DNA of 64,000 bases from the NCBI RefSeq assembly GCF_000143415.4, contig NW_003314303.1:842613-906612 (forward strand), in the 5' to 3' direction. Below, piece by piece: positions 1 through 11,709 of this stretch; within the stretch, counting starts at the first letter, position 1, and each line of letters starts with the position of its first letter. Below the pieces are notes generated by a model. That model was given only the letters and a program-made list of their open reading frames with translations, was not told where the DNA came from and ran no database searches. The translations under genes and the position numbers were made by a program. The stretch comes from Selaginella moellendorffii. Taxonomy: Eukaryota > Plantae > Lycopodiophyta.

Positions 1-375
1 GGGGCGTGGTGATGTCGAGAAACGCGGGGTTCACAGAGCAAGTGGTGGAGCTCGACTTTCTCTACCCGAGCGAAGGCATCCACTGGAGATGGGACCACGG
101 GTTTCGTATAACATCCGCGGCCGCGACATGGGACCAGGCCGCATTCGTGTTGAGCGTTCCAAGGAAGAAACCATCGGATGAGACGCAAGAAACGCTGCGA
201 ACGTCGGCTTTCCCGAGCAGCCACGTAAAGGTTGGTGTGGTGTGGTGTGATTTTTTTTTTTTTTTGCTCAAAGCTTTGGTTTTGATCGTTTTGCGTGGTG
301 ATATTGTTTGCGCAGGATAAGTGGGCTAAGAATCTCTATATAGCAGCTGTTTGTTACGGACGAACAGTGTCATGA
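1..375 (+). CDS. 3' end of MUT9-like/casein kinase 1-like kinase (MLK/PPK/HD16 family); exons 1-230 and 316-375
   Basis: VVMSRNAGFTEQVVELDFLYPSEGIH...ETQETLRTSAFPSSHVK, GT-AG intron 231-315, then DKWAKNLYIAAVCYGRTVS* - the characteristic MLK C-terminal repeat tail. Truncated by the window edge. Confidence 0.92.
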
Positions 376-490
376 GCCATGTAATATCAAGGAGACAAAA
401 ACAAATAATTTGGGTTTATGGCTGGTTCATGAGGCCCTTGGAGAAGGACTGAAATGTTCTTTCTCTTAAGTCTTTTAACTTTGGAAGAAA

Positions 491-2286
491 TCACTGGACG
501 CGAGTTTTGCGAGGTTTTATCACCGTGCCGATGGCTGTCAAAGCGATTGGAAGAAGCGTTCCAGCGAAATAGACGCTTTTGTACGCAGTGAATGTGTCCC
601 TCGCGTCTAAAACCTGTTTAAAAACGAAGAAAAGGACTTTGCTAAGAAATCGAAGGCTTGATGAACAAACGTACCAGGAATCCAATGCAGGCATAGTTGA
701 GAACCAGCAACGTGTAAGCGAAGTTTAGAAACCACGCTAGAGGCCGGAGGAAAGAGAGGTGGTCGGGTATGGCCTTTTGCCATCTATATAGCGCTGCAGA
801 GAAAGGTTTTTAAGATTCTCATGACGAGAACACGAGAAAGAATGGATTACCTCTCGAGCCAGAGATGAGAACAGCGGTATGGACGAAGAACATGATATAC
901 CCGGCATAGAGACCCTGGAGGAAAGCAAAAAGGATGAAACAAAGAATCGATGGATGAAATCACTCTACTTACATGCCACACAGCGCTGACAACTTGAGTT
1001 GCTAGCAGCTGCTGAAAGCCAGCCTTCTTCCCCGGTGGTACCAGCCTCTCGTAAACATCTAGCAGAGCTCACAGATTAGAACAAGCGCGAGCCAAGCGAG
1101 GGGAAAGGAAACCAAGTGTACAATGTCTTAACCAGGTGCTGATGTGAATGTTCCACTTGGACGGGACCTCGGCGGCGCTGCCTGCGAGCTCCACTCCCGG
1201 GATATCTACGTTGAGAGCTTGATCCCACCGCGGCCTGGGGGGCTGGGAGCTGGACCAGCCGCTAAACCCCAGGCCGGAGATGATGAGCGAGGCCTCCGAG
1301 ATGGACCATATGAAGTAGTACTTCCATCTCGCGGAGAAGCCACACAGCCACATGTAGAACCAGCGCGCCCAGAATTTCCACTGCATGAACTCCGGCTCGA
1401 GGATTCGCGTGAAGCGGACGCGAGGGATGAGCAGCATGTACATGCCCATGCAAAAGAGGGCCTTGAGTAGAACTCGGAGAGTGTCGCGGTATGGCGATGG
1501 AGCGTTTCCTTCGGAAAACTTCCATAGCTGGAAAGAAGAAATGGTTAGAGGGAGAACTTAAGAGGAAGGAAAGCTCTCACTCACCCCTTGTTCTTCGCTC
1601 CAGTCGATGTAGTCTTTCATCTCGTAGACCGGCCCAGCCAAGTGTGTTCCACAGCAAAAGCAGTAGCCGAGATACTCGAGCACTGAGGGACGTCGCACGA
1701 GCCGGTTGCGCTTTTGCGTTCTTCGCAGCTTCTCCTCCTCGAGAAGCCCATCCTGGTAGCACATTGCGCAGGAGACGAGCTTGAGCGTGAGGACCATCAA
1801 AGCTCCTGGAGAATTCACAGCACAAAGAGAGGAGAAAAAAAATTCGATCGAGTGATATGCCAGTGATAGCAAAACTTGGCTTACCAGTCGAATCGATGCC
1901 TCCCTCCTTCCACGCATCGCCACTCATGTAGTAGACGTGGCTGCGCCAGGAAAGATGAGCTACACGAAATACGAGGGAATTTCTTACCAGGAAATAAGGA
2001 ATGCGAAATCCAGGACGAAGCTCACGATCCCACAGCTCGGGCGATGGATTACCATGCTAGCGTACGTGACGACAAGGGGGAAAACGAAGAGCGCATTGGC
2101 GCCGGGGCCGAATGCCAGATGCGAGACGAGCATCCCTGTGATCGCCGAGTAGAGATGCCGCGCCGTAGGGTTGGGCATGAGGCGCCATAGCCAGCCGATT
2201 GGAATCGTGGAGAAGAAGAAGACGAGAAATCTGAGCACCGGCACCGAGATTCCGAGCGCCACAGCGACATCGCTCATGCCCGCCAT
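491..2286 (-). CDS. LPCAT: Lysophospholipid acyltransferase (MBOAT family, LPCAT/LPLAT-like), about 8 exons
   Basis: MAGMSDVAVALGISVPVLRFL..., GALMVLTLKLVSCA, CGTHLAGPVYEMKDY, ARWKYYFIWSISEA, WNIHISTWLRHYVYERL, VSAVWHGLYPGY (catalytic His); GT-AG introns join the ORF pieces. Confidence 0.93.
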
Positions 2287-2320
2287 AGCCAGCCCCGCCG
2301 CGCGGCTATTCCATTTGAGC

Positions 2321-2430
2321 TAAACCCTACTCCAGGAATCAAAGCGTCCACCTAGGCGCTGACGTGTTCACATAATCAGCTAAATGCTGGCGCGTCAAAA
2401 GAAGATTGGCCAACGTGGCACTGACGTGTC
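2321..2430 (-). promoter_or_regulatory. LPCAT promoter: telo-box plus ACGT-core (ABRE/G-box-like) cluster
   Basis: AAACCCTA at 2322-2329; TGACGTGT 2360-2367, ACGTGGC 2413-2419, ACGTGTC 2424-2430, all within 150 bp upstream of the ATG. Confidence 0.4.
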
Positions 2431-2566
2431 CAGAGCTTATTTTCTCTTTGCAAAGGTTTCATTTTATCTTCGTCTTTATCTCGCTTCTCTCGGCTCGCGA
2501 TCTCTGGAAACTATCGAGCGATGGGTTCCAGAGATTCTTCTTGATGGATCGATCATCCCTTTTGCT

Positions 2567-3478
2567 TCACTTCGCTATTTCTTTGCTTCCCAGCGGCGCG
2601 TAGTCCCAGTTGAGAGACCGGATCTCTGCATCGATCTTTTCTTTGATGTCTGGGTGCTCGGCCAGTACCTCGTCGACTGTGATCGTCGGTAGCCTCTCCT
2701 GGAAAAGAGAAGAATGGATTGGAATCCTCGAAACGAAGAAGAAAAGAATGAAAACAAAGTACCTTGAACTTTCTGATCTTCTCCTCTTCTTCCTCCAGCT
2801 TTGCTCTCGCGGCAGCAAACTCTTCGTCAGCTTTGATAGCCTTCTGTTCCTGCGAGCGATCGAGCCATGAACTTCTTAGAGAACTTGAGAAGTTGAGAAC
2901 TTACAAGCTCGGCAAACATCTTGACGGCCTCCTCTCGATCTTCGTCCACATACTTTGGAACTTCTATGCCTGAAGAAGAAAGATCAAAAACAAGTGAGTA
3001 GCTTGAATGCCAAAGGAAAAGAAAAAAATCTACTTTTTTGTCTCTCAAACGAGAAAGAAATAAAGAAATAAAAATTTTCCTTACTCTCGTAAGTCTTCTG
3101 GTAAAGATCCACAACTTCAGCTGGCAAGACCTTCCTGTGAGCATCCCAATCGATTACATGCTTCTCCTGCCAAGAGAGAGAGAGAGCGCAAGAAAAGAAA
3201 GAAAATCTGTCAAAAGCTCTGGCAAAATCCAAATCCTCTCTTGCAATCCCTCAATCTACAATGTACAAGGAGCACACCTTGATAAACAATGCGTCCATGC
3301 GATGCGCCGTCTCCGTGATGTGATGCTTGAGCTTCAGAAGCTCAGTCTTCACATCTGGCGAGAAGCTCCAGTAATCGATCCAGTGGTCCATCTCCTTCCA
3401 GTCCAGGCCGCCCGCCGCCGATCTCCCCGCCAGCGCCCGCAGCGCCCGTGATGCCCTGAAGGCGCCCACAAGCGCCAT
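2567..3478 (-). CDS. ATPQ: Mitochondrial ATP synthase subunit d (divergent), multi-exon
   Basis: GLDWKEM..., VIDWDAHRKVLPAEVVDLYQKTYES-IEVPKYVD, TITVDEVLAEHPDIKEKIDAEIRSLNWDY parallel plant subunit d motifs (IDWD..RK, YDSIEIPKYVD, TADEYFEKHPELKKKFDDEIR..NWGY). Confidence 0.85.
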
Positions 3479-3543
3479 AGCCAGCAAGAAACCCAAAGAG
3501 AGAATTTTGTTTTTAGGGTTCTTGAGCTAGGTCATTGGCGGCA

Positions 3544-4648
3544 ATGGCGTCGGTAAGTGATCCAGCCGCGATGATTCTACTCTCGATCGATCACGCCTTT
3601 TGCTTGCAGGCTAGCGGTGTCGACAATACGGCTCGGCGCAAATGGGATCGCCAGGAATTTCTTGAGCGCGCTCGCAAGCGCGTAAGTTTCATAGAGAGCT
3701 CCTCTTTCTCTTAATACTGGGTGTTTTAAGGATGGTTTTCGCAGGAGGTGGATCAGCAGGCTCGCCGAAACAGCTGTGAGTAAATTTTTTGGTCGACCGA
3801 TCGTTCTAAACTTTCTTTCTCCAGCGAGAGATGATTCACCTCCTGGTGAGAAGAAGCCTTTGAAGCACAGGGATTTTGAAGTGGACCTTACTGCTCGTCT
3901 GGGAAAAACTCAAGTAAGCCAAAGCATTTTTTCTCACCCTGTCACCTTTCCACTCTTTTTCGTTTTTTCCCAGGTGATTACACAAGTCGCTCCCTTGGAT
4001 CAACAGGTAGATGTTTGCAAATTCTTAGTGATTTTCATGGGACTCACTGGGTGGCAGGCAGGCTACTTTTGCAGTGTTTGCAACTGCATTGTCAAGGACT
4101 CCGCAAACTACTTGGATCACATAAACGGGAAGAAACGTAAGCTAGTCTTCAAAGTCTCGGTTTTGCGTGACGATAGCTTACGTTGTTCTCTGAAGATCAA
4201 AAGGCTCTGGGAATGTCTATGCGTGTTGAGCGGTCCACTTTAGAACAGGTGAGTAGAGGATTCATTCAGAGATCTTTTCGTGCAAACCCCCAACGCTATC
4301 ACCAGGTCCAAACTCGCTTCGAAACTGTCAAGAGGAAAAAAGCCGAGGGAGGACTGACGGACGAAGGCACGTATGAAATGTCTATCCGTTGTTAACATTC
4401 AAGGCTTTTTTCTTTGTGCCAGAGTTCGAGATGCGAATGCTAAAACAGCAACGGGAAGAAGAGGAGCGCAAGAGGCAACGAAAAGAAAGGAAAAAAGAGA
4501 AGAAGGTTTGAGTCCAAGTGCTTTGTTTTTCTGCTCCACTTAGCTTTGCTAGCAGAGGGAGAAAGCTTTGGAGGACGCAGGAGGAGAGATAGACGATCCT
4601 GAGGTTGCTCAAGCAATGGGCTTCGGTGGCTTTGGCATGAAGAAGTAA
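3544..4648 (+). CDS. ZMAT2: Zinc finger matrin-type protein 2 / Snu23 (U4/U6.U5 tri-snRNP), many micro-exons
   Basis: VDNTARRKWDRQEF, LKHRDFEVDLTARLGKTQV, GYFCSVCNCIVKDSANYLDHINGKKHQKALGMSMRVERSTLEQV, C-terminal AMGFGGFG. Confidence 0.93.
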
Positions 4649-7600
4649 ATGGAAACACCGACGTTGAATGGCAATCCTGACAGTAGTTGTATGCTTGCTG
4701 TTTCTCTTTTTTGATTTCTTGAACTTCACAGACATAGTTGGCAGATCAACTATAACACTTGAACAACATATTGATTGAGATAATCATGCAAAAAGGACTA
4801 CTAAGCAGACTAGCAAGCTCGCTACCTCGTTGCCCAGACGCACTTGGATAAAGAAGAAGGGACTTTCTAAGAAGTCCTTTTGTTTTTACAAAAGACAAAT
4901 TAGCAATAGAATTATTGCTCACTTTCCATTTGGTTAAATTAACATGAATGGAATATGTAAACATACTTCAATTTTTAGCAAAACTTTATAGCTAACCAAA
5001 TTTTGACTTCGCCATGAGCTTCAATGCCTAAAGAATATTGATTTTACTCTTATATTTCTTTAAAGAAGCAATAATAATATGTATACATTATAAGGTTGAA
5101 AAGTTTAGACTTTACAAAGATTTAACTAGTGTTTGCAGTGGTTTAAATGGTTTAAATAACTTTTAAAGATTGAATATAGAAGTGTGGATATTAATTAGCC
5201 CACACCCCCACCCCCCCCCCCCCCCCCCCTCAAAAAGGAACGCACTATGCATTTGCATGGCAAGATTCTCTCTTAACTTTTGAAGTACTTCTTTTTGCTT
5301 GGGTCTTTCATTAGTTTTTTCCTTGTGTTTTCAAACTCCACAGTTCTTTTTCCATTTTCCTTTTTCATTTCTCTCTATAATCATATTTTTCATCATCTAT
5401 CCTTTGTCTTTTATTTACTTACAAGATTTCACCATTTATTTCTACCTTGCAAACCATAGGTTCTTGCCACGTCAGAGCTTGGGCATCCTCCCATGGTCAT
5501 TTGTTGGAGCATGGGTATGATTTTAGGGATATTCCTAGATATATTTTAAGATTAATCCATGTGTTTATATTGGATGATATAACATATTTTCCAATGAGAG
5601 GTAGTGTTTTTAATGTGGCGGTTGCATATAGATTCATTTTGCTATTTTTGCTTTCCTTTGTTTTGCTTCCAATCAGTTGATCAAGTCTTTTTCTTCTGTT
5701 GTTTGTTTGAACTTTTTTGTTTATTTATTTATTTATTTTATTCTTGGTCCAGTGAGTGCAAGAGCCTTGTGTTTGCATTGCAAGAACATTATGAGCATGG
5801 TAAATTAGCTCACAGGTACAAATTTATCTAATGTCTCTTTATTTTCTTTGCGCTTGATCTCACAACATTTATACATGTGTTTTAGAGATGGAGTTTGCAA
5901 GGGGCAATTGCCAAGCTGGTGGTCATAAGCGCAAGCGCTTTGCAAGGCTTTTCAGTGACAACATGAGGATTATGTAGATGCACCTTCATGAGACCTTGAT
6001 GTTGGTACGTTTTGTGATTTCATATATCCATCCATAATCCAAGTTTTTTTTTCCTTTTGTTTAGACCGTGGGCATTGCAAGGTTTGGATGGCAAAAGCAC
6101 AGAGTGAATATGCCATGTGGGGATAGTGGTACATTATAGTTTGTTTGCTCTTGGTTCTTTGCAAGATAGCCAATGAGGCTACTATGGGGAGGACAAGAGA
6201 ATTTCTTGGAGGACACAAGGAGTGGCAAGACTATTACATTAATTGAGCCTCCAAATAAATGACCAACACTCCACATTCTTGGTACATGCATGTGTGGGCC
6301 TTTCCCACTGCTATTGGGGAGCAGCATCCACCAGCTACAGTGGCTGAGCCTTTGCAGCTGCTCATGGTGGTGCCATCCCAGGATGTGGAGGCAATTGCAA
6401 ATGAGACAGCTGTTGTGGAACATCAGAAGCAGTTGATCCAGTTGATAGTGCAGCTCAGGTCAAGGATACTTCAGCACCATGTGAGCTTGTCAAGACCCTA
6501 GCACCGGGCAACCTTGTTGAGAGCTAGGACACGCCAATGGTGGTGGAACTAGCATGCATGGAATGGGTAGATTGTCCTCCTAACAAAAAATCAAGTTTCA
6601 TAGTTTTAAATGATCATATCTCAAATGATAATGGACAGTTGAGACCTGGGGCTGGTTTTTATTCTACATAGCCTCCAGCTTTGCTGAAGATGCCCAAGAA
6701 GAGTGTGTTCCATGCCCGCACACACATGGATATAAATATAGACTGTCCGAACATTTTCCCTTCAATGGCATTTGAATCGGAACCATATGACGTGGTTCCA
6801 AAAGTTTAGGGTGTTAAGCTATAGATTATAAAAAACCATATGTGGAGCGAAATGTCATTGCATGTTCCAAAGATGCAATCTTGCGTGGAATCCAAAAACA
6901 TGAGCAATTATTTCGTCCACCTCATATACCTTTTCATCCATAGTTCCAAACCGATCATATTCAACCAAATAATATTGAACTAAGAATAAAAAATGTTACA
7001 AACGATTGTGGTTATCATTGGGCATTTGGAAATAATTATCTTTATCCAAGTCCATGTTTAACATCTCCAAGATCAAAAGACTAGAAAAAATCTTAAATGA
7101 ACATCAAAACATTATTTTAACCATTATTAGTTTTGTATTCTAATGAATAAATATTTTATAAACAAACCTAATTATAACGGGTTGCATAATTCTGCCTCTT
7201 GCTCACTTGAACTCGAGCAAGTTTTTGGTTTGGGAATGCATGGACTGTGAACAACTCCATGCTGCCTTCCTTTCCCAAGAGAAGCACAACCAACCTCTTT
7301 GGGAAATCTAGAATGGGATTTTGTAGAGACTGGCACTCAAGAACAAGAGGTCTAGCCTCTTCAACCTTGGTTTTTGAGGGCGTTCAACCAGGCATCCACT
7401 TGTGAGGAGCTCAGAGAGCCCTCAGCTTGATTATTTGAAATTGCGATAACGCTGACACACTCCCGTGGGATCGACATTGACTGCAAGCTCTGTAATTTGA
7501 TCAACACAAGAATATAACCTCCTCTACGTACTTCAGATAGAGATGAGAGATCGCTACGCCAGCAAATGAGGTAAGACGTTTGCGACGCTCGTAGAAAAAG

Positions 7601-7836
7601 TCACGTTGTAAATTGATCGCAAACATTAGAACACGCCACAAGCGCGTCCAGCCTGCAAACAAACAGTAGAAGTTAGAGAGAGAAAAGGGAATACAAAAGT
7701 ACGAAGCATATGCGGCATTTGCCGGCCCCATCTACATGAGTCAACTTCCAAAGAAAACCAAGAGTTTCTTGTTTTGCAAAAAACTATCGAGAGGAGGCGA
7801 GGGGACGCTTAGTTTTCGGTGCTGCGGCAGCGAGAT

Positions 7837-9348
7837 ATGGAGCAAGGTACTTTAGCTGCTGCTTTGCTGATTTCCTGTGTTGGTTTCTTCGTCTGGTTCT
7901 ATCTGAAAAATCGACATGAGAATGGTGAGACTGTTCCCAGAATGTACCCACTTCTGGGAACAATGCCTGAGTTGCTTAAAAACAAGGACAGGATTCTCGA
8001 ATGGACTACTGAGTACCTTGCCAAGTCTCCCGGACACACCATCACGTTGAAGCGATGGGGGGCGAAGCCTTTCAAGCTCACGTCCAACGCTCAGAACGTA
8101 GAGTACATCCTCAAGACCAATTTCGACAACTATCCAAAGGGAGAGTATGTGTGCGACACGCTGAGAGATCTTCTTGGAGATGGCATCTTCAACGCTGACG
8201 CTGGCCTGTGGAAGCTGCAGAGAAAACTTGCGAGTTACGAGTTTACTACCAGGTCTCTACACGACTACCTCATGGATTCTGTGGCCGAGAAGATTGAAAA
8301 GAGGCTGCTTCCAACGATTGCAAGCATTTGTGGCCGACGAGTCGACTTGCAAGACGTGTTCATGCGGTTCGCCTTTGACAGCATTTGCAAGCTCGCATTC
8401 GGAGTCGATCCTATGTCCTTGGATCCGTCGTTTCCCACGATTGCGTTTGCTCGAGCATTCGACGAGTCCACGAGGCTGAGTACTGAAAGGTTTTACCAGG
8501 TCCATCCCTTGCTCTGGAAGATCAAGAGGTACTTCAACCTTGGTTCCGAGAAGCACCTGAAAGAATATCTGGCAATCGTCAATGAGTTTGCTGCTATGGT
8601 GATAAAAAACAGGAGAAAAAAAACAGGAGCTCGAGAGAACCAGGACTTACTTTCTCGGTTCATGGCTCTCGAAATGGAGGACACGGCAAGTTCGTACTCC
8701 GACAAATTCCTACGAGATATTATCATCAGCTTTGTTCTGGCAGGCAAGGACACAACTTCTGTGACATTGTCGTGGTTCTTCTGGCTCCTGTCAAAGCATC
8801 CCAAAGTAGAGAACAAAATCATTCAGGAGATAGTCGACGTTGCTGAAAGAAATCACGAACCTGGTCGAAGGATGAAACACTTCGCCTACAGCGAGCTCCG
8901 AGAGATGAACTATCTCCAGGCAGCGTTATCGGAATCCTTAAGGCTCTATCCAGCAGTTCCGTTCGACAGCAAAGGTGCCAAAGGCCCCGACGTACTACCA
9001 GATGGGAGCAGGATAGAGAAAGGAACGAGGGTCACGTACCAGATCTATGCAATGGGACGAATGGAGAGCCTATGGGGGAAGGATTGTCTAGAGTTCAAGC
9101 CGGAAAGGTGGCTAAGCAGCACTGGAAGTTTTGTGAACGAGAGTCCATATAAGTTCACAGCGTTTCAGGCAGGGCCAAGAATATGTATCGGAAAGGAAAT
9201 GGCTATGCTGCAAATGAAGTCTCTGGTAGCTGCTCTGTTGCCAAAGTTCAAGTTCGAGATGGCATCCGACACAGAGCCCCGGTACAGTATCAACATGACA
9301 CTCGCCATCAAGAATGGATTGCCAGTGATTCCGAGAGCTCGAGAGTAA
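7837..9348 (+). CDS. Cytochrome P450, CYP86 clan (CYP94-like fatty-acid hydroxylase), intronless
   Basis: 503-aa ORF from ATG 7837; N-terminal TM anchor, LLGDGIFNAD, I-helix AGKDTTS, ESLR, PERW, heme motif FQAGPRICIG. Confidence 0.93.
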   Translation: MEQGTLAAALLISCVGFFVWFYLKNRHENGETVPRMYPLLGTMPELLKNKDRILEWTTEYLAKSPGHTITLKRWGAKPFKLTSNAQNVEYILKTNFDNYPKGEYVCDTLRDLLGDGIFNADAGLWKLQRKLASYEFTTRSLHDYLMDSVAEKIEKRLLPTIASICGRRVDLQDVFMRFAFDSICKLAFGVDPMSLDPSFPTIAFARAFDESTRLSTERFYQVHPLLWKIKRYFNLGSEKHLKEYLAIVNEFAAMVIKNRRKKTGARENQDLLSRFMALEMEDTASSYSDKFLRDIIISFVLAGKDTTSVTLSWFFWLLSKHPKVENKIIQEIVDVAERNHEPGRRMKHFAYSELREMNYLQAALSESLRLYPAVPFDSKGAKGPDVLPDGSRIEKGTRVTYQIYAMGRMESLWGKDCLEFKPERWLSSTGSFVNESPYKFTAFQAGPRICIGKEMAMLQMKSLVAALLPKFKFEMASDTEPRYSINMTLAIKNGLPVIPRARE

Positions 9349-9432
9349 GGTAAAAAAAGAAAAAAGAAAAAAAAAGCAATGTCAGGATGGAAATGTAACA
9401 GTTGCTTACATTTGTTGACGAATAAAGGTGTT

Positions 9433-11262
9433 TTACAGTGTGGTTAGAGCTGCAATGCTGCAGAAGATACCAACGACAATAACAAAAGCAGGAAGCACCA
9501 CCTCTTTGGCGTACTCCTGCACGATTGAATACCAGGTATCCTTTCTATACTTCAAAACACTTCCTATTCCATCAGCCTGCTTCTGACATTTTGCTCTGCA
9601 AAGAGAACTTAACACTGTACTCTGTAAACAAAAACATACCTTTGGAAGAACAGCAAGAAATGGTTTACTACGGGAATGGTATACGAAACCATGGAAACTC
9701 CAGTCGCCCCTGTAATTGTGATGATGGCGCCCGAATTGTTAGGCGATATGAGGCTGATGCCTGTGCAGAAAACAAGGATTCCAGCTGATATACACAAATG
9801 ACGTAAGAAGCGATTCTGCTTCTTATCGCCAGGAATCCAACGGTTGATTGTGTAGCGAGTCGGAAACTCTACAGTTGGAATTGCAAAAGCAAGGTATACT
9901 GTCAAAGAGCGGCATCCAATAAGTAAATTATCGAAGCTTCCAAGGCTCATACCCGCCATTGCTAAGTTGAGTGATCCTTGTGGTACACCACCGCCAAGCC
10001 ATTTGTTTTCCAGTATGTTTTCGGACGTAAGGCTCCCGTATCTTGCCGCGCCGAAGAATCCAATAGTGCCGTAAATGAAGAATGAAGTTCCTGCACGTAG
10101 CTCGCTTGAAGTGAAACATAAACACAAGGAGCATCTTTATGCTCACCGAGAACTCACCGAGAATAACTACACGAACCGAGTATGAGGTCAGCTTCACACC
10201 AACTTTACCAGCGGGCATTTCAGCAAGGAAGGGCATCATCATTGGCTGTACGTAAAATGCAAAACCAAATGTTGAAATAGCTTGAGTGATTGAGCCTGCA
10301 TCCACCGATATGTCTCAGTTAAACAAAAAAAAAAAAAAAAAGCAATCAAAACTTGCCTATACTTGTAAACCCGACTGCAGCAAGCTCTCCGTTTTTCACC
10401 GCAGGCAGCTTGAACCTGATAGCATCTATGACAATTACCACGAGCAGCCAGATGACAATCGATGTTCCTACAGTTGCAAAGAATTCGAGCTGCATTGGAG
10501 AAGTTAAATCAGAAGGAAGAACAAAGTCAAAGTTACACCTGTCTCATTTTTTCCACCAAGCAAATTGGAGCGACAATGAAGACGACGGACAGGATCATAA
10601 GCACGCGCCCGCTACCTGTTAGCCAGGAAGGAGCATTGGAAGTGATGTTTTCAATGCCGATGACAGCAGCTTCACTGACTTGTTGAATGTTGCCTATAAT
10701 GGTCCCAATGAGCAGAACCACTATGCTAATTTCGGTAGCAAGCTGTGCAAAGAGAAGAGAGAGAGAGAGAGAGAGGGCTTTTAGAAACTTAGAAAAACCA
10801 AAAAAAAAGAAAAAAAAGATAGAACCTTCCACCACTTCCCACCAATGTGGAAAGCAAGAGACTCATAGTTGAGAGCTCCAGTACAATAAGCTTGTCTGAG
10901 CAGCAGATCACAAGTGTAAGTATTTGCCAAGGCCACAACAAGCATTATCAGGAAGCCGCAGACAATTCCCGTGGTAGTGAATGCATTTGACACGGGCAGG
11001 ACCGCTCTGCAAGCCGAAGAAAAAAAAAATTCAAAGTCAGGAGGAAGGAAAAAAAAACCAAGCTAGAGATGAAACTTTACCCTCCCATGATGCTGAGTGT
11101 GAGTGTGACGATGCCGCTGAAGAGAGCATGTCGATACTCCCTCCTCCGCAGAAGGTAGAGAAACGGTGGCGAAGACGAATTGGGAATTTCCCCCTCGACA
11201 TGACGCTGAGGCAGCTCTCGGGATCCGTCCTCTCGAGCTGCTTCACCAAGAGAAGGATCCAT
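9433..11262 (-). CDS. Amino acid transporter (Aa_trans, SLC38/AVT6-like), multi-exon
   Basis: GIVTLTLSIMG...LPVSNAFTTTGIVCG, ANTYTCDLLLRQA, YESLAFHIGG, AISTFGFAFYVQP, IYGTIGFFGAARYG, ITGATGVSMVSYTIP; about 11 hydrophobic segments. Confidence 0.85.
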
Positions 11263-11709
11263 TATCAGAGATTCATCCAGAATCAACAACCATATAAAAG
11301 ATTGGAGTTTTTTAAGCGAAGAAAAGAAGACTCAAGCACGAGTTTTACTCTAGTCGCGTCTAGCAAGCGTAGCTTTCGCGGAAAATCTTGCTCAAACAGT
11401 GCCAAGCTCACACTCTGCCAAGGCTTGAGGACGCGTTGGCTACATGACACAAAAGTCTACATCGAGAAAAAAGAAATCCAAGTCCCCATTGAAAGGTGTG
11501 AAGCGGCCACTAAGAGAGATTCCATACCTTCCATGCTGGCCACGACGCCTGCATTGCTGTTCCATGGCGCACCGATCGATGCCCTCCTCGCCAAGAGCCC
11601 TAGAAAGAGTTTTGGCGGGAAAGTGTTAGGGCTTATGGTACACTGTATTCAAAGTTGAGCGGGAAAATATTCTAGGGCTGCGTGGACGCGACGATCGCTT
11701 GCTCTCACG

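Noticed and set aside
4700-7500. Possible decayed transposon, including a Cys/His knuckle-like peptide on the minus strand near 6260-6300 and a poly-C tract at about 5201-5229
   Set aside because: No recognisable domain or terminal repeats; the poly-C run is a simple homopolymer.
10981-11658. 225-aa plus-strand ORF upstream of ZIP4
   Set aside because: Antisense to transporter exon 1 and spans the divergent promoter; non-ATG start and no motifs.
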